Shown here: positions 14,448 to 31,556 of the stretch, piece by piece
How the letters are laid out: every line of letters begins with the position of its first letter
Numbering within the stretch: position 1 is the first letter of the stretch
Assembly: GCF_009914755.1 (NCBI RefSeq)
Contig: NC_060932.1
DNA: 64,000 nucleotides
From: the human T2T-CHM13v2.0 reference genome, Homo sapiens
Direction: 5' to 3' (one strand)
The notes under the pieces: model-generated
The model's input: the letters and a program-made list of their open reading frames with translations, nothing else
Database searches by the model: none
Told to the model about the DNA's origin: nothing
Made by a program: the position numbers and the translations under genes

Positions 14448-15494
14448 CTAAGTCATATTAGTGGGATATCTACTTTGAATTAGCCTTGGAATATCACTGA
14501 TGTCAATATACAATGTAATAGCGATCTCACTCTTTCAAAGAGAATAGCAAATAAATGTGTGATAACACAGTTTGTGTTGCTGCTAGCAGTGATCTCCTTC
14601 AGTAGTGAGCAATACAACATTGTGAGTCAGATTTTGTACTGGGTGCTTTCCATATGCTAGTTAACTCAAGCTTCAAAACAAATCTGCCAGGTCAGTATTA
14701 TTCTCATTTTATTGGAAAGGAAATTGAAATTCTGAAACACAATAACCACAGCTAAAATTTAAACTTGCAATTTTTTAAGTTAGAAAACTCCTAATCTTTC
14801 CAGTTTGCTTCACTAGATGCTGAAAAAATGTAAAAGGAAACCAAAATCCTGACCCACTTTATTGTTTGATGATAATAAAACTCTGGGACAATGTATAGAA
14901 TCACCAACTACCATAAACAAACAGCCTCCTGAAAATTTAGACAAATTATGTCAAGAAAACTTGAGAGACTTATCTCCACATAGCCAAGTAAGTAACTTCA
15001 CATGAGACTAAACTCTGTCATTCTATTCCTTATTTAAGTTTAAAAAAAACCATTTTCTTCTTAGTATCTCAGTATACTTATTATCTTCCTTTCTTACCAG
15101 TTCTTTAGACCAGAAATCCCTACTTTATAGAGATATAAGCAGGAATGAATAAAAGTTTTGAGGAAAATACTATTTTACTCATGAGACTAAGCCTTAAAGT
15201 TAATACAATTTTAGGACAATAGTCTTCAGCTATGTTTTTCTCACCTATGTTTGTAACTCCAGTGGAAAAATATCTTTGAAGTCCATGGCAAAGCTTCATG
15301 CTCAGAGAAGAAATAAAGCTAGAGATGACGTCTTGTTCACTTTCATACTACAGGCTGTATGTTGCCAGCACTTACTAGCTTTCCTTGAATTAAAGTACAT
15401 ATACTACTACTGTTGCTCTCCATTTGATTTTCTCTTTGTAATAGATGAAAAAGCCTCACCTCAGCCACTGTACTACTGGGCTAGTTTCTTAAAG

Positions 15495-16470
15495 CAGGGG
15501 TCCCCAGCCCACAGACCATGGACCAATAGTGTCCATGGCCTGTTAGAAACAAAGCTGCACAGCAGGAGGTGAGCAGCAGGTGAGTGAGCAAAGCTTCATC
15601 TGTATTTACTGCCGCTCCCTATCACTCACATTACCGCCTGAGTGCCACCTCCTGTCAGATCAGTGGCAGCATTAGATACTCATAGGAACACAAACCGTAT
15701 TGTGAATTACACATGTGAGGGATCTAGGTTGCACGCTTCTTATGAGAATCTAATGTCTGATGATCTGAGGTGGGGCTGCAGCCGTGATGCTAGAGCTGGG
15801 GAGCGGCTGCAAATAAAGATTAACATTAGCAGAGAGGTGTGACGGCACAGAGACAATAGTAAATCAATTGCTTGTAGACTCATATCAAAAACCCTGTCAG
15901 TGAGTGGAAAGTGACAAGCTGCATCTGATGGCAGGCTTTAGAGTCGAAAGTGAGTTGATGTACTTCAGTTGTACAGCTGCTTTTGGTGCCTTTAAAGGTA
16001 TGTTTGAGACAACTTCAAATTTCCATACATTCTGGATTAAACTTTCGAAGCAGAATATCCTGAAATTGCCACAAAAGCACTGAAAAGCCTGCTTCCATTT
16101 CCAACATGCTATCTTAGTGAAGCAGGGTTTTCTACAGTGATAGCAACCAAAGTGAGATTATGGAGTAGACTGTACATAAGCAACACACTTCAGGTGTCAC
16201 TGTCTCCCATCAGCCCCAGATGGGACCGTCTAGTTGCAGGAAACCAAGCTGAGAGCTCCCACTGATTCCACATAGTGAGTGGAATAATCTACATCATAAT
16301 AAGTTGTATAATCATTTCATTATATATTACAGTATAATAATAATAGAAATAATGTGCACAATAAATGTCATGTGCTTGAACCATCCCCAAACCTTCTCCC
16401 ATCCCTGGTCTGTGGAAAAATTGTCTTCCACAAAACTGGTCCCTGGTGCCAAAAAGGTTGGGAACCACTG
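15495..16470 (+). mobile_element. hAT DNA transposon, internally deleted Charlie3/MER1-family element with C-terminal transposase remnant
   Basis: TIRs caggggtccccagcc / ggttgggaaccactg; perfect 8-bp TSD tcttaaag (15487-15494, 16471-16478); ~16030-16265 encodes YPEIATKALKSLLPFPTCYLSEAGFS, a hAT dimerisation motif. Confidence 0.88.
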
Positions 16471-16902
16471 TCTTAAAGAAACAATGCTAAATACAGACTT
16501 GTCAGATCTCTGCATAATATAAGCATCAAAATAATTCATCCAGACTAGTGGTATTTTAGGATACTTTTCTTTTTTTTATACTGAGCTTGTCTGCATTGAT
16601 TATATTATCTAAATAACTGGCAAATTTTATACTTCATTTTGTCAACAAAAGCACATCTTGAGAATCCAAAACATCTTTTATTTCTAAAGCTGAAGAATCA
16701 TCAGTCATTTACCAGGTGACTAAGAGCATGGATAAGACTCGTTATGTCCTCTATTAGAACTGTGGGTGTCCCCTTCATAGATGGTAACAGTCACTTGAAA
16801 TGTTTTATACAATTATGTATTTTAAATAAATGGTCTTTCATTCTGTGGATGTTAGTTATCATAGAAATGGATTCTGTTCCCACAAAACAATTTGGAAACG
16901 TG

Positions 16903-17161
16903 GGCTGGGTGGCGTGGCTCACACCTGTAATCCCAGCACTTTGGGAAGCCAAAAATAACTACCAAATATACAAAAACTAGCCAGGTGTGATGGTGCATGC
17001 TGGTAGTCGCAGCTTCTCAGGAGGCTGAGGAGGGAGAATCACTTGAACCCAGGAGGCAGAGGTTGCAGTAAGCCGAGATTACACCCCGCACTCCAGCCTG
17101 GGTGACAGAGGGAGATCTGTCTCCAAAACCAAAAAAACAAAAACAAAAACAAAACAGAAAA
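16903..17161 (+). mobile_element. Alu with deletion in the left arm
   Basis: ggctgggtggcgtggctcacacctgtaatcccagcactttgggaagcc jumps to ctaccaaatatacaaaaactagccagg; tail is (caaaa)n. Confidence 0.88.
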
Positions 17162-17682
17162 CCAATGTGGAAACTCAGATTGGGAGCTCAGTCTTGTTAA
17201 ATAACTGATGGCATCATTCAATTCTCTAGGGATGAAGAGTTGAGGATTTTTTCTTTTTCCTCTTCTCCAGAAAAACAAAAAAGAAAAACAAAGAAAACAA
17301 AAGCAAAAATCTAGCTGTTGACCTTGAGAATATCTTACTATTTTACTTTTGGAGATAAATTTTATAGGTGCAAGAATGATTTCAAACCCACACTTTTCAA
17401 CCTGGGAAAAATGTTCTAAATATGGGACAGGGATGGAAAATTTGGAAACTCCACAGATCTCTCTGAAGCTGTTTATTTCCTTTGTTTCTTCTATGTAAAC
17501 CTTTAGGGTGCAAGTTAAAAACTACGGCCAGGGGCTGAAACTGGCTACAGAAGTTCTGCACATTACCAGTCTATTTTCTGACATCTCCTCTCTTCATGAA
17601 ATTAAATTATCCTTCTGGGACCTAAAGACTCTAGAACCTGAGACTTCTGCTTAAATCCATCTCTTAAACCTAATATGATAAT

Positions 17683-17973
17683 TATTATCATTATTTTTTT
17701 AGACGGAATCTCACTCTGTCACCCAGGGTGGAGTGCAGCTCGGCTCACTGCAACCTCCACCTCCTGGGTCCAAGTAATTGTCCTGCCTCAGCCTCCAAAG
17801 TAGCTGGGATTACCGGCGTGCACCACCATGCCTGGCTAATTTTTGTATTTTTAGTAGAGATGGGGTTTCACCATGTTGGCCAGGCTGATCTCGAACTCCT
17901 GACCTCAAGTGATCCACCCACCTTCAGCATCCCAAAGTGCTGGGATTACAGGTGTGAGCCACCATGCCCAGCC
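17683..17973 (-). mobile_element. AluSx-like SINE
   Basis: Full dimer; flanking taatatga duplication. Confidence 0.9.
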
Positions 17974-18160
17974 TAATATGAAAATTATTTTAGGTAAAAT
18001 AGTAAAGGATGTGATTGTGACCTATTATTAACGCTATGCAGGTATTTAACACAATGCGTGGCATATAGTCATTACTCAATAAATCATAGCATATTAGCAC
18101 TTGGTAATATCTTCTAGGCATTTGAGAAGTTCATCTTACCTTTTTCTACTTTTCTGTAAA

Positions 18161-18463
18161 AATTTGTTTTTCAGAGACAGGTCTTGCTCTGTCACCCAGG
18201 CTGGAGTGCAGCAGCGTGACCATAGCTCATGTAACCTGGAACTCCTGAGCCCAAGCGACCCTCCCACCTCAGCCTCTGTAGTAGCTAGGACTGCAGGTGC
18301 ATGCTATCACGCCTGGCTTTTTTTTTTTTTTTTTTTTTTAATTGGTAGAGATAGGATCTTACTATGTTGTCCACGCTGGTCTTGAACTCATTTATTCCAG
18401 TGATCTTCCCACTTCAGCCTCCCAAAGTGCTGGGACTACAAGCGTGAGCCACTGTACCAAGCC
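18161..18463 (-). mobile_element. AluJ SINE
   Basis: gagacaggtcttgctctgtcacccaggctggagtgcag... with expanded T middle tract. Confidence 0.87.
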
Positions 18464-18543
18464 TAGACTATGTTCCTGTCACTACTTTATTCTCTGTCTT
18501 TAGAGAATGCCTACATTTCATTTTTTTAAAAACAAAATTTTCT

Positions 18544-19106
<563 letters not shown>

Positions 19107-21030
19107 CTAATTATGTACATACTGCTTTACAGCACTTTTTTTTTAAACACAAAAAAATGTTTAGCACATTTTCCAAATAACTTCAACTATTGGAATAAAT
19201 ATTAAACTTTCTAGCACCACCTATTGGTAAAGAGTTTAACTGCAAATATTGCAGCTTTAACAGCTGTTAAGAGCAAAATCCAATCTGTCTTACATGTAAG
19301 TTATATATACGAGGACACGTCACAGATTATATTCCAACGAGTTTGAATTTTGACAGATACAAGTTTATTGTCACTTAGATTTTTTCATACCATTGAAAAA
19401 TTATAACTAAATGGTTCATTATTTTCTTGACATACAAACATACAAACTTATCAACATACAATGCAGAGATTTTCAATACTATAGGAGGGCGAGGAGCAGA
19501 TATTTTAGAATATCATAAACACAAAAATAGGTGATCAAACTTCATATCTTTTCCCAAGGGAAACAAGGGAACTATAGTGACAACCTTCATTTAGAAATAG
19601 CAAAGACTTTCCTTGTTGTGAGGTTCCTGGATTCTGTAACAAAGATTTTTGTGTTTTTCCTCTTTAGAAAAAAATATTAACGAGATAAAAAATCAGACAA
19701 TTTTGTTTATTTTTAGAAGTGATTCAAATAGTAAACTACAAAGAAATAAACTTTGTTTATAATTATAAAAGTAATTTTGTTCTGTAATGTCTAATCAAAA
19801 TGACCATATGTACAATAAACTTTTGTAAAATCTTGATCATGCTACAGAAAGATTTACATAAATATGAAATGGCTCTTTTCTATTTTTAAAAACCAATATA
19901 TATGCACTTTGACCTAGTGACAGATTAAATAAAATAGTGCAACAAATATTATAAGAGCAATTCACTTGGCGTATGAAAAATCTCTCAACAGCCTGTATTA
20001 TTCTGCTAAGTATTTGTTTAGAAAATTATTTGGCTAAAGAACAGAATGAAAGGCAGAGATGAAAAATTATTTTTAAAAATTTAGTTAATATTAAATAAAA
20101 ATAATATTTTCTAATAATCATAAAAACTAATAAATGTAATTCTACGTAAACAAAAGATAGCTTTTCAAATATAAGTTTGAGGAATGTTATATTATAAAAA
20201 AGATGTAATTTTCATAACAAAAATATCTCTCTAATGTGAAAATGGAGTTTTAAGGAATGGGTTTTTGGAGCTCAATTAATTGAAGAAATATTCAGTAACT
20301 TCTTTTTCTCCAGTTTGAATTCATTTTGTTAGAACGGTAATCTAATAACATTTAAAGTTACTAGATTACTGTTTCAACAAATGTTTTTAACTTATGCTTA
20401 TTACTGTTTTAACAGTAATTTAATAACATTTAAAGTTATTAGATTACTGACAATTTCCTGTAATGAAATTGAGTGACCTGAGCTATGCAGAAACATAAAA
20501 GGTGGCATGTTACTATATATATAATTATAATTATTCTCTTGATTCTTCCAAAATATAATTCAGTGCTAAATACTGATTTAGTGTAAGCATGCCTGAGTGG
20601 ATAAGTCCTTCTTCACTTAATAAGCATAAGTTAAAAACACTTTAAAACATGAAAATAATTTGTTATTATAGTATTTCAACTTTCATTTACTAGTAAAATT
20701 CCTGAGTGGCCCAATCATTTCCTGTAATTGCCTAAAGAAAACGAGAAAGAAAAATCCAAGAATGGATTGTGAGAAGCCTTTACATATTAGAGACATGTTT
20801 TATTAACTAGTGTGATATCCAAATGTTTATTTTTATACAAGTCAAATATATCCAAACATAATATATTTATCATGCATGCATGCTATGAAAAATCAGGCAT
20901 ACTCAAACATTTGATTATATGAGCATCGTTGTCCTGTTGTCCAAACAAGTGAATGTAAGCATTCTCACTGCCCATTGTTTACCTCTTACTCCTTCCAAAA
21001 TGTCATAAATGAGCCTTGCTTGTCCTGGAG

Positions 21031-21117
21031 CAGTGGTTCTCAAAGAATAATATGCAGCAGAACAAGCTCCCAACAGCTAATTCTGTTGGTCCAGGGACCA
21101 CACTTTGAGAACCACTA
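21031..21117. mobile_element. Very short MER5-family hAT MITE
   Basis: Perfect 14-bp inverted termini agtggttctcaaag / ctttgagaaccact; degenerate 8-bp target tcctggag / acctagat. Confidence 0.65.
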
Positions 21118-21268
21118 ACCTAGATGATTGCAGTATATATTTAGAAGAGGAGACATATTATATCAGAAACAGATAGTGCTGCTGATACAATCCTTTCATC
21201 TCATTTATTGCAAAGGGAATGGCTGACTGTAAATTTCTGCCAAATTCCGTATGCTCAAGGGATCCTGA

Positions 21269-21596
<328 letters not shown>

Positions 21597-24224
21597 CTCT
21601 ATTCAAATTCTTTAGGGCCAAATATGCTTGGGTATGCTGATCCATATCTGTCACCTGAAATATTTTTCAGTTATAAATAAACTATTGACAGGTGACCACA
21701 CATTGCTGATCCTTGACCATCTCTGAAGTAATATAGAGGAAAGGCGTCTCAATAGGTCAGTAGACTCATTTGAGAGTTGGCTTCACCTACTATTCAACTG
21801 CTCTGTTTTGGTGATGTAGAAAAGTTCATTTTGTCATCAACCTTGATCATAGGATTTTCTCTGTAAGACTGAAGGATCAAAACTTCTCTGAAAGTAGCTA
21901 ATTCACTGTCACAAAGATGTAAAGAATGTCTGTCGTTTCTTTGGCAACAAGCTAATGTATTTAGTCAGATAGGGCTTTTTTTTTTTCCATTTGGGTATTT
22001 TTATCTTGTATATAAAGATTTCAGAAGACATGTATATGTGTGTGTGTGTGTGTGTGTCTGGATAGCTGTTTCCTCTTTATTTGTGTAGACATTTTCTACA
22101 TTCAAATCAAATAAACACAGATAAGCATAGACTATGTGCCTAAACGATTTCGTGTATTATTATTTTTTAATTGGTGAAAAAACAGAAACAGAAACTAAAG
22201 TAATTTAAACCAAAACCAAAATAATAATGTATTTTAAGGACACTGGATGTTTCATAGAACCCAAGGATAAGATTATAGTTAGGTATCTGCAATAGCTGAC
22301 CCAAGACCCGAATCTGCTTAGGAGTCTCCAACTTGTACTCAAGCTTCTTTCTGTAGGTTGCTTTATTATTCTTTTTTTGTTGCAAGCTAGATATCTTTGC
22401 TCTCCTGTTCACTTGATAGAACATGTCTGTTAACAGCTCCTAAGTTTATATTTTACAGTTTCTTTCTTGATGACAGTTACTGTCTCTTTCTCAGTGACAG
22501 ACTGACAGTTCTGACACTCACCTAACTTGATATTTTACAGCCTATTTCTTAGTGATAGTTTCTAAAATATCCAGGGAAGTTCTTCTATGGCCTAGTTTGG
22601 GCCAAATGCCCACCTGTGGACTGGACAAACAGGCCGAGTCACTTGCATGAACATGGCATTCCCACAGTGAGAATGGGGAGGCATTTCCTTGTTGAAAGAG
22701 TTTTGAGCAGACAAAAAATCTTAAGTCCATTCCATAAAAGATATTTTAATAATCTTGGTGCATTTATGCAAATATTTGCTGTTTCTTTACAGAAAAAGTT
22801 TGGGAATCCCTGGTAGAATTACAAACATAGTAGACGAGAATGATAGAGGATTTCCTGGGAATACTCTTGTCAAGTGACTTGTGGAATAAATAAGGTCATG
22901 CTTAATCTCTGCTCACCTTTCCAACCTAACCCTTGAGAAATTCTCCCCACCTGCACTGCTTTGTCTTTTTACTTTATATATAACTACTCACATTTTCCAA
23001 ATAAGTCTCATTCTCCTTTATTTCTGGGGCTTTGGTTCCTGTCTGGAATGTTCCTTCTTCCCTTCCCACTTCCCCTCTCATTTCTACACTCTCAATCTCC
23101 AAATTTCGATTGGTTACTCAATAGCACTATTACAGATGCTATACCAAACTGCAGTAAACTTGTTTGTTTTCCCCAGTAGACTGAAAGAAACCCGTTATAG
23201 TCATCTTTTCAGCATCTGACAAGATGCAAGTTGTCACTCAGTAGTCACTTGAGGAAGAGTTATGGCATGAATGAGTAAATAAATGAATGGTAAGCTTCTC
23301 TTGATACATGAACTGCATTACCCAGTGAGATTAAATTGGCAAATGCTTAAAATATCAAATCATAGAAGAAACTGAATTTAATATTTCATAAGTCTTCAGA
23401 GGGAATAGAATATAGTTTCTATGAGTAGAAACAGAAAAATCATGAAGGAAAGATTGATTTAACTGGCATAAACATAAGTGTTTTTATGGAAAAAAACCCA
23501 TATGGCTGGCTACTGAGAGCCTCTCCAAATACGAGCTTTTGGTGGGAGGCTCTGATCAGAGAAGCCTGAGACATTAGAAAATCTGATCTTGTCAGCTCAG
23601 TGAGCAGATCTATCTCTTAGAGGCAGACTAATGTTAAACAGAATCTTGGGACTAAATGTCAATTCAATTTACAATGAGAAATGTAATTGCCTTAAAAACT
23701 GGAATATTTGAATCTGCTTGACAAGGCCACTTTCTCCCCTTGGGAAATCTGCATGGGAAGGCAAATCACAGTGAGTGAACTCTTAGTTTAATTAATTTAT
23801 TAATTTACAAAGAGACTTAGCAGTGAGATTTTGCTTCTGGGATGGCCAATGATCTTTCGTTAACACATTTTTCTTTATATATGTTAATACATTCAGTCAG
23901 GTAAAATGATTTGACATATCTCTGCTGATTCATTGAATGTTCATTCTATAGTTTAACTTTTTAAAGGCAATCTCACTATTCTTATGTCCCATTTCTTTAC
24001 ATCTCTATGACAATGAGTTAGCTAGTTTCAGAGAAGTTTCAATCCTTTCTTTAGGAAAGAACTGGGACATAAGAATAGTACATACATATGTAGTAAATGC
24101 ACAAAAACATGAACGGAAGGAAACAAACTCCAGGATAAAGGTTTACCCTGGAAAGGAAGACAGGTAGACATACTGGTACTTCAACTCTGCTCATAACATT
24201 GTATTTCTTTTAAAAATTTTTAAA

Positions 24225-24383
24225 AGTTTTTCTTTAGAGATAAGGTGTCCCTGTGTCTCCCAGATTGAAGTGCTGTGGTGCAGTCATAGCTCACTGCAGC
24301 CTCAAACTCCTGGGCTCAAGTGATCCTCCTGCCTTGGCCTCCCAAGGTGATGTGATTACAGGTATGAGCCACTGCACCCAGCC
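24225..24383 (-). mobile_element. Monomeric Alu (FRAM/FAM-like)
   Basis: Single ~150-bp Alu arm; att(g/a)tatttctt flanks. Confidence 0.75.
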
Positions 24384-25173
24384 AAAATTATATTTCTTAA
24401 AAAACAAATACTTGTAATCAAGATGGTAAATGTGAACATTTCAAAGGTCCAAGTGGTACACATGACTGTGTATTAGCTATTTATTATAAATATTATTTCT
24501 TTTCTTTATTTTTGAAATATATTTTATTTAAAGAAGGAAACAACACATTCACTGCAATGTTCACAGAGCCATACCTGAACCCTGCACAAATTATTTAAAG
24601 TGTTCCATATATGAGTCTACCCTTAAAAGTTAGAGAAAAGATACTACGAATCTATTCATCGCTGTTAGAAAGACAACATTCAAACTTGAAAAGTCAGGGA
24701 ACATGTAAGGTCTTCTTTGCATGTGTCAATTACCACTACTCAGTGGAAAGAAATAATCGAACATAGAAATGACTTTTGAGGAGCATAACAGTTATTATCC
24801 TATTGTTTACTCATAGTCATGATTTCCTTTTTGTATCATTTATTGGAATTAGGATTTAGGGTTAAATTTATTACAATGGTAGTTATGATATTTGAGATGC
24901 AAACATAATACAGAAATTAAAAAAAAATCTGGTTGCAGTTTGACCTGAAAGTTCTCACAACATGGCAAAATTCCTTTAAGAAGATAACTGATTCTTTATT
25001 TAAGATAATTACCTTAATGAGATACTTAGCAATGAAATGTGCAACCCAAATATCAGATACCTGAAGAAACTGAGTTAAATTTCTCTAGAAAATTTCTCTA
25101 GAAAAATAACATAACATATTGTGTTACTCCTAAAGCCAGGGAGACAAGTATTTGGGACAGAGTCAAGAGGAGA

Positions 25174-25308
25174 TATTTTTGTATTTTTTGAAGAGACGGG
25201 ATTTCACCACGTAGCCTAGGCTGGTCTCCAACTCCTGAGCTCAAGCGATTTGCTTGCTTTGGCCTCCCAAAGTACTGGGATTACAGACATGAGCCACTGC
25301 ACCCGGCC
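25174..25308 (-). mobile_element. Alu left arm/FLAM fragment
   Basis: atttttgtattttttgaagagacggg...gagccactgcacccggcc. Confidence 0.8.
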
Positions 25309-26690
25309 ATAGGTATAATTTTGCACAGTTTACTTAATGGTTCTAAATCCTCATGGGGAGAACACCAGAGTGATAGATTCCTTGTGGGGATTAAGTAAAG
25401 GAGGTATATAAAGTGCTTTTCAGAGTGTCTGGTACAGAGGGTTCATTCTACACATTATAGGTATTATTGATACTATTATTTCTTAAAAATTCAAATTTCT
25501 GGCCTAATGATGGGGAATAGGTGATGGGAGAAAAAAAGTATCATATATTAAATAGCAGTTTCTCAACTACTTTGTGCTTCAGAATCCCAAGGAGAACTTT
25601 TGGAAATCACATGTATCAAGGCCACAGCACAAACTCCCTGAAATCAGAATATCTGTGTGTCATGTCCAGGCATCTTTATATGATAAAAGCCTCACGAGTC
25701 ATTCTGATGTTCACCATATCCTGAGCCCAACTTCTAGAACAATACTAGAATACATATGACCACTTAGAGAGTTACAAATCATTCGCATTATGGAAGAATT
25801 AAACTAATACATCGCCGCCCAATAAGCAATCAGCAAGACTATTTCTAAACATGATTGAACAAGATAGTGAGTTTGATCCACTTTTTAGTGCCCTGGACCC
25901 TGCATTCTGAGATTTTTAAAGCAAATCTTGTCTTATCCACCATTTGGTAATTATCTTTTCGGGTTAGGCAATGAGTATATCTTATCTCTACACACAATAG
26001 CTTGTCAAGGGGAAAGCTCAGGATCAAAAGTAGAGACAGAGTTATTTTGAAGGAAAAAATGCGGCATTCTTTCTTAGCCATGGCTAGATGTTAAGATAAT
26101 GCCACACAAGAGCTGACTTCACAATGAATATAACATATCTAAAGAGAAAGAGAGAGCGAGACTGAGTCCAAATGATTTACTTTGAACACCTGGATCCTGC
26201 TATGCCTGAAGCCATCTGTGGGAATTGTAATTCTTAATTATGTAAACCAATAGACTCTATTTTGTGATTAAAGATGTTTCTGTTACTTTCCACTTAACAG
26301 TTCTTACAAATATCTCCATGGTGATTATTTGTCAAAGAATATTAGAAGTGATTGCCCAGGTCATCCTGTTTGTCATTAATCCCATCACCATTGGTTATTG
26401 TCTGTTTAAACAGCATTATTCTGGTAATTTTTATTATCTCATGAGACAATGTAAAAGAACATCACTGAAATGTAAATACACAATATTGGCAGTAAACAAA
26501 AGTGAAATTGTTCTCATAACTATAAAAACACCAGAATGCATCAAATTTACTTATGGTGCAATTTAGGCCCTCTTTAAGAACAAAGTTACAGAAACATAGA
26601 CAAAGAAAACTGAATTCATCCTGAAACAGTTCCAGCCGTGTGCTGCAGAGATCCTGCCCACAGACAGAGGATCAATTCTTGATACCTTCC

Positions 26691-27066
26691 TATTATGTAC
26701 TGAATTGTGTCGCTCCAATATTCGTATGCTGAAGTCCCCAATGTGACTATATTTAAAGATAGAGGCCATATGGAGGTAATTCAGGTTCAATTAGGTCATA
26801 AGGGCAGAATCCTAACTTGATAGGACAGGTGCCCTATCGGAAGAGATAAAGACACCAGGAGCTCAGTGCTCACACAGAAACTGCCTCATGAAGTCACAAT
26901 GAGAAGGGGGCCGTCTGCAAGCCAAAGAGAAGCCTCAGGAGAAGCCAATCCTGCCCCCAGCTTGATCATGGGCTTTTAATGTCAAGAACTCTGAGGAAAT
27001 AAATGTCTATAATTTAAGCTACTTTATCTGTGGTATTCTGTTCTGACAGCCCAAGCAGACTAATAC
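26691..27066 (+). mobile_element. MaLR solo LTR (MLT1A/B-like)
   Basis: tattatgtactgaattgtgtc...aggtcataagggcagaatcctaa...ccgtctgcaagccaa...aataaatgtct...cccaagcagactaatac. Confidence 0.8.
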
Positions 27067-27915
27067 GTTTTCTTTTTTCACTTATGTTATGTTTTTACTT
27101 GCAAACGAGAAATAGCATACTTCAGTGCATATAAACTTAAAAATACAAGCTGCTTCTTTAATTTATAGGTGGAGTTAAGCTACCATACTTGCTATGTTGT
27201 GATTTGAACACACTGAAAATCTCTTTTCCGAAAATAATCACTTTGTCCCTAAAACACCTACTTTAAAAGCTGATTTTTATTCAAAAATGACATAAGTACT
27301 TACGAAGGACCTATTAGATGTTTTAATACGTTAATAATAATAATATGTTTGTTAGCTTACACTCTGTGATTGATAAAGCACATGTCCTTTTGGTGCAGAA
27401 ATAGTATTTCTAGGTGCAGGTAATGTACTGGGTAACAGGATTAAGTGAGAATGCAACAGGGAAGAGTTCGAGGTGGAAGATGTTTTATAATAAAACATAA
27501 TCATTTTATAGGGGAAATAAGTTTTGCTGTAAATCATATGAAGTTTTAGTGAAAATACTGTACACAGAAACTGAATATTTGTATGCAGTTAAAGAGGTTT
27601 ACTTGTTCTTTGAACTTTCTAGGAAATAAAAATGCAGAATTATATAAAACGTCATTAGGAAATGGGTCATTTTGCTAAATAATTCACATTAGAATTCCTT
27701 TATATAGGTCCCTAAAATACCTGAGGGTCCAATGTTTTACTTTGGCATGGATTAAGCAGGATATGAGTAAGAAGTAGAAAATGAAAATAACTACAGCATC
27801 CGGGAAAGGATTAAGAGTCTGTAGGCTAAGCCATAATGGGGGAATTTCTTGGAGACTCCATGTGAAACAAGCCAACTGTGTCGTTCTAGGAAATCTCGTC
27901 TTAAGATTCACCTCA

Positions 27916-28217
27916 GGTTGGGTGCCGTGGCTTATGTCTGTAACCCCAGCACTTTGGGAGGTCAAGGCAGGCAGATCATTTGAGTTTAGCAGTTAGAGAC
28001 CAGCCTGGGCAAGACAGCAAAACCCCGTTCCCTACAAAAAATTTTAAAAAACAGCTGAGTGTGGTGACCTGTGCCTGTAGTTCCAGCTACCTGGGAGGCT
28101 GAGGTGGGAAGATCACTTGAGGACAGGAGGCAGAGATTACAGTGACCCAAGATCATGCCACTGCACTCCAGCCTGGGTCACAGAAAGAGACTATCCCCTC
28201 AACACGCCCTAAAAAAG
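27916..28217 (+). mobile_element. AluJ SINE
   Basis: Diverged full dimer; TSD-like aagatt(c/t)ac(c/a)tc. Confidence 0.85.
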
Positions 28218-28934
28218 ATTTACATCTTAAGGGGCAGGACATTTCCAGAGACGATCGGCTGAAGGGGGCAAATAATAGGCTGTGAGCCCATACAAGTCCA
28301 GTGCTTGAATTTGAGCAAAATAAATAATCTTGTGTGAGTATCAGGCTAAATTTCTTACTGCAGAATAGGAAGCCTGGAGTTGTTTCTTCAAAGGGCAGGA
28401 AAGGTACTTGGTACTCAGGCTATGGAGGAAAGGGAAGTGGAGTGTTGGGCCTCTGCTTCATCTGCATTCCTGCACATAATTGCATGAATTTCCACTTTTG
28501 CTGCTGTGAAAAATGGGGCTGATGTTTTTCCTTCTAATTGGTTCTGGTGAGAGTGAGGCTGTGAGAGTCAGCTGGGATAGGGACTAAGCAGGACAAGTGC
28601 TAACTGCTGGATCCATAATTGATTTAAATCTCTATTTCAAACGACACAACATACAGGTATATCCTGTTTTATTGGTCTTCACTTTATTGCACTTCACAGA
28701 TCCTGCATGTTTTACAGATTGAAAATTTGTGGTAATTCTGTGTCCTGCAAGTCTGTCAGTGTCATTTTTCCAATAGCATGTGCTCGCTTTGTGTCTTTGT
28801 GTCACATTTTGCAAATTCTCACAGCATTTCAAACTTTTCCTTTGTTTCAAATGCTTTCTTCTGCCCCCACTTAGATGAGCACTGTATTTTATCTTTAAGT
28901 ATATTAACATGGTGACAAATTGATTTATTTCATT

Positions 28935-31533
<2,599 letters not shown>

Positions 31534-31556
31534 CAAACTTTTCCATTATTAGTAAA

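Noticed and set aside
22471-22508. Three TGACAG (MEIS/TGIF-type) hexamers in 38 bp
   Set aside because: Short motifs consistent with local slippage; no independent evidence of enhancer function.
25078-25105. Tandem 14-bp unit aaatttctctagaa, resembling heat-shock or STAT sites
   Set aside because: Simple tandem duplication with imperfect motif match; unsupported.
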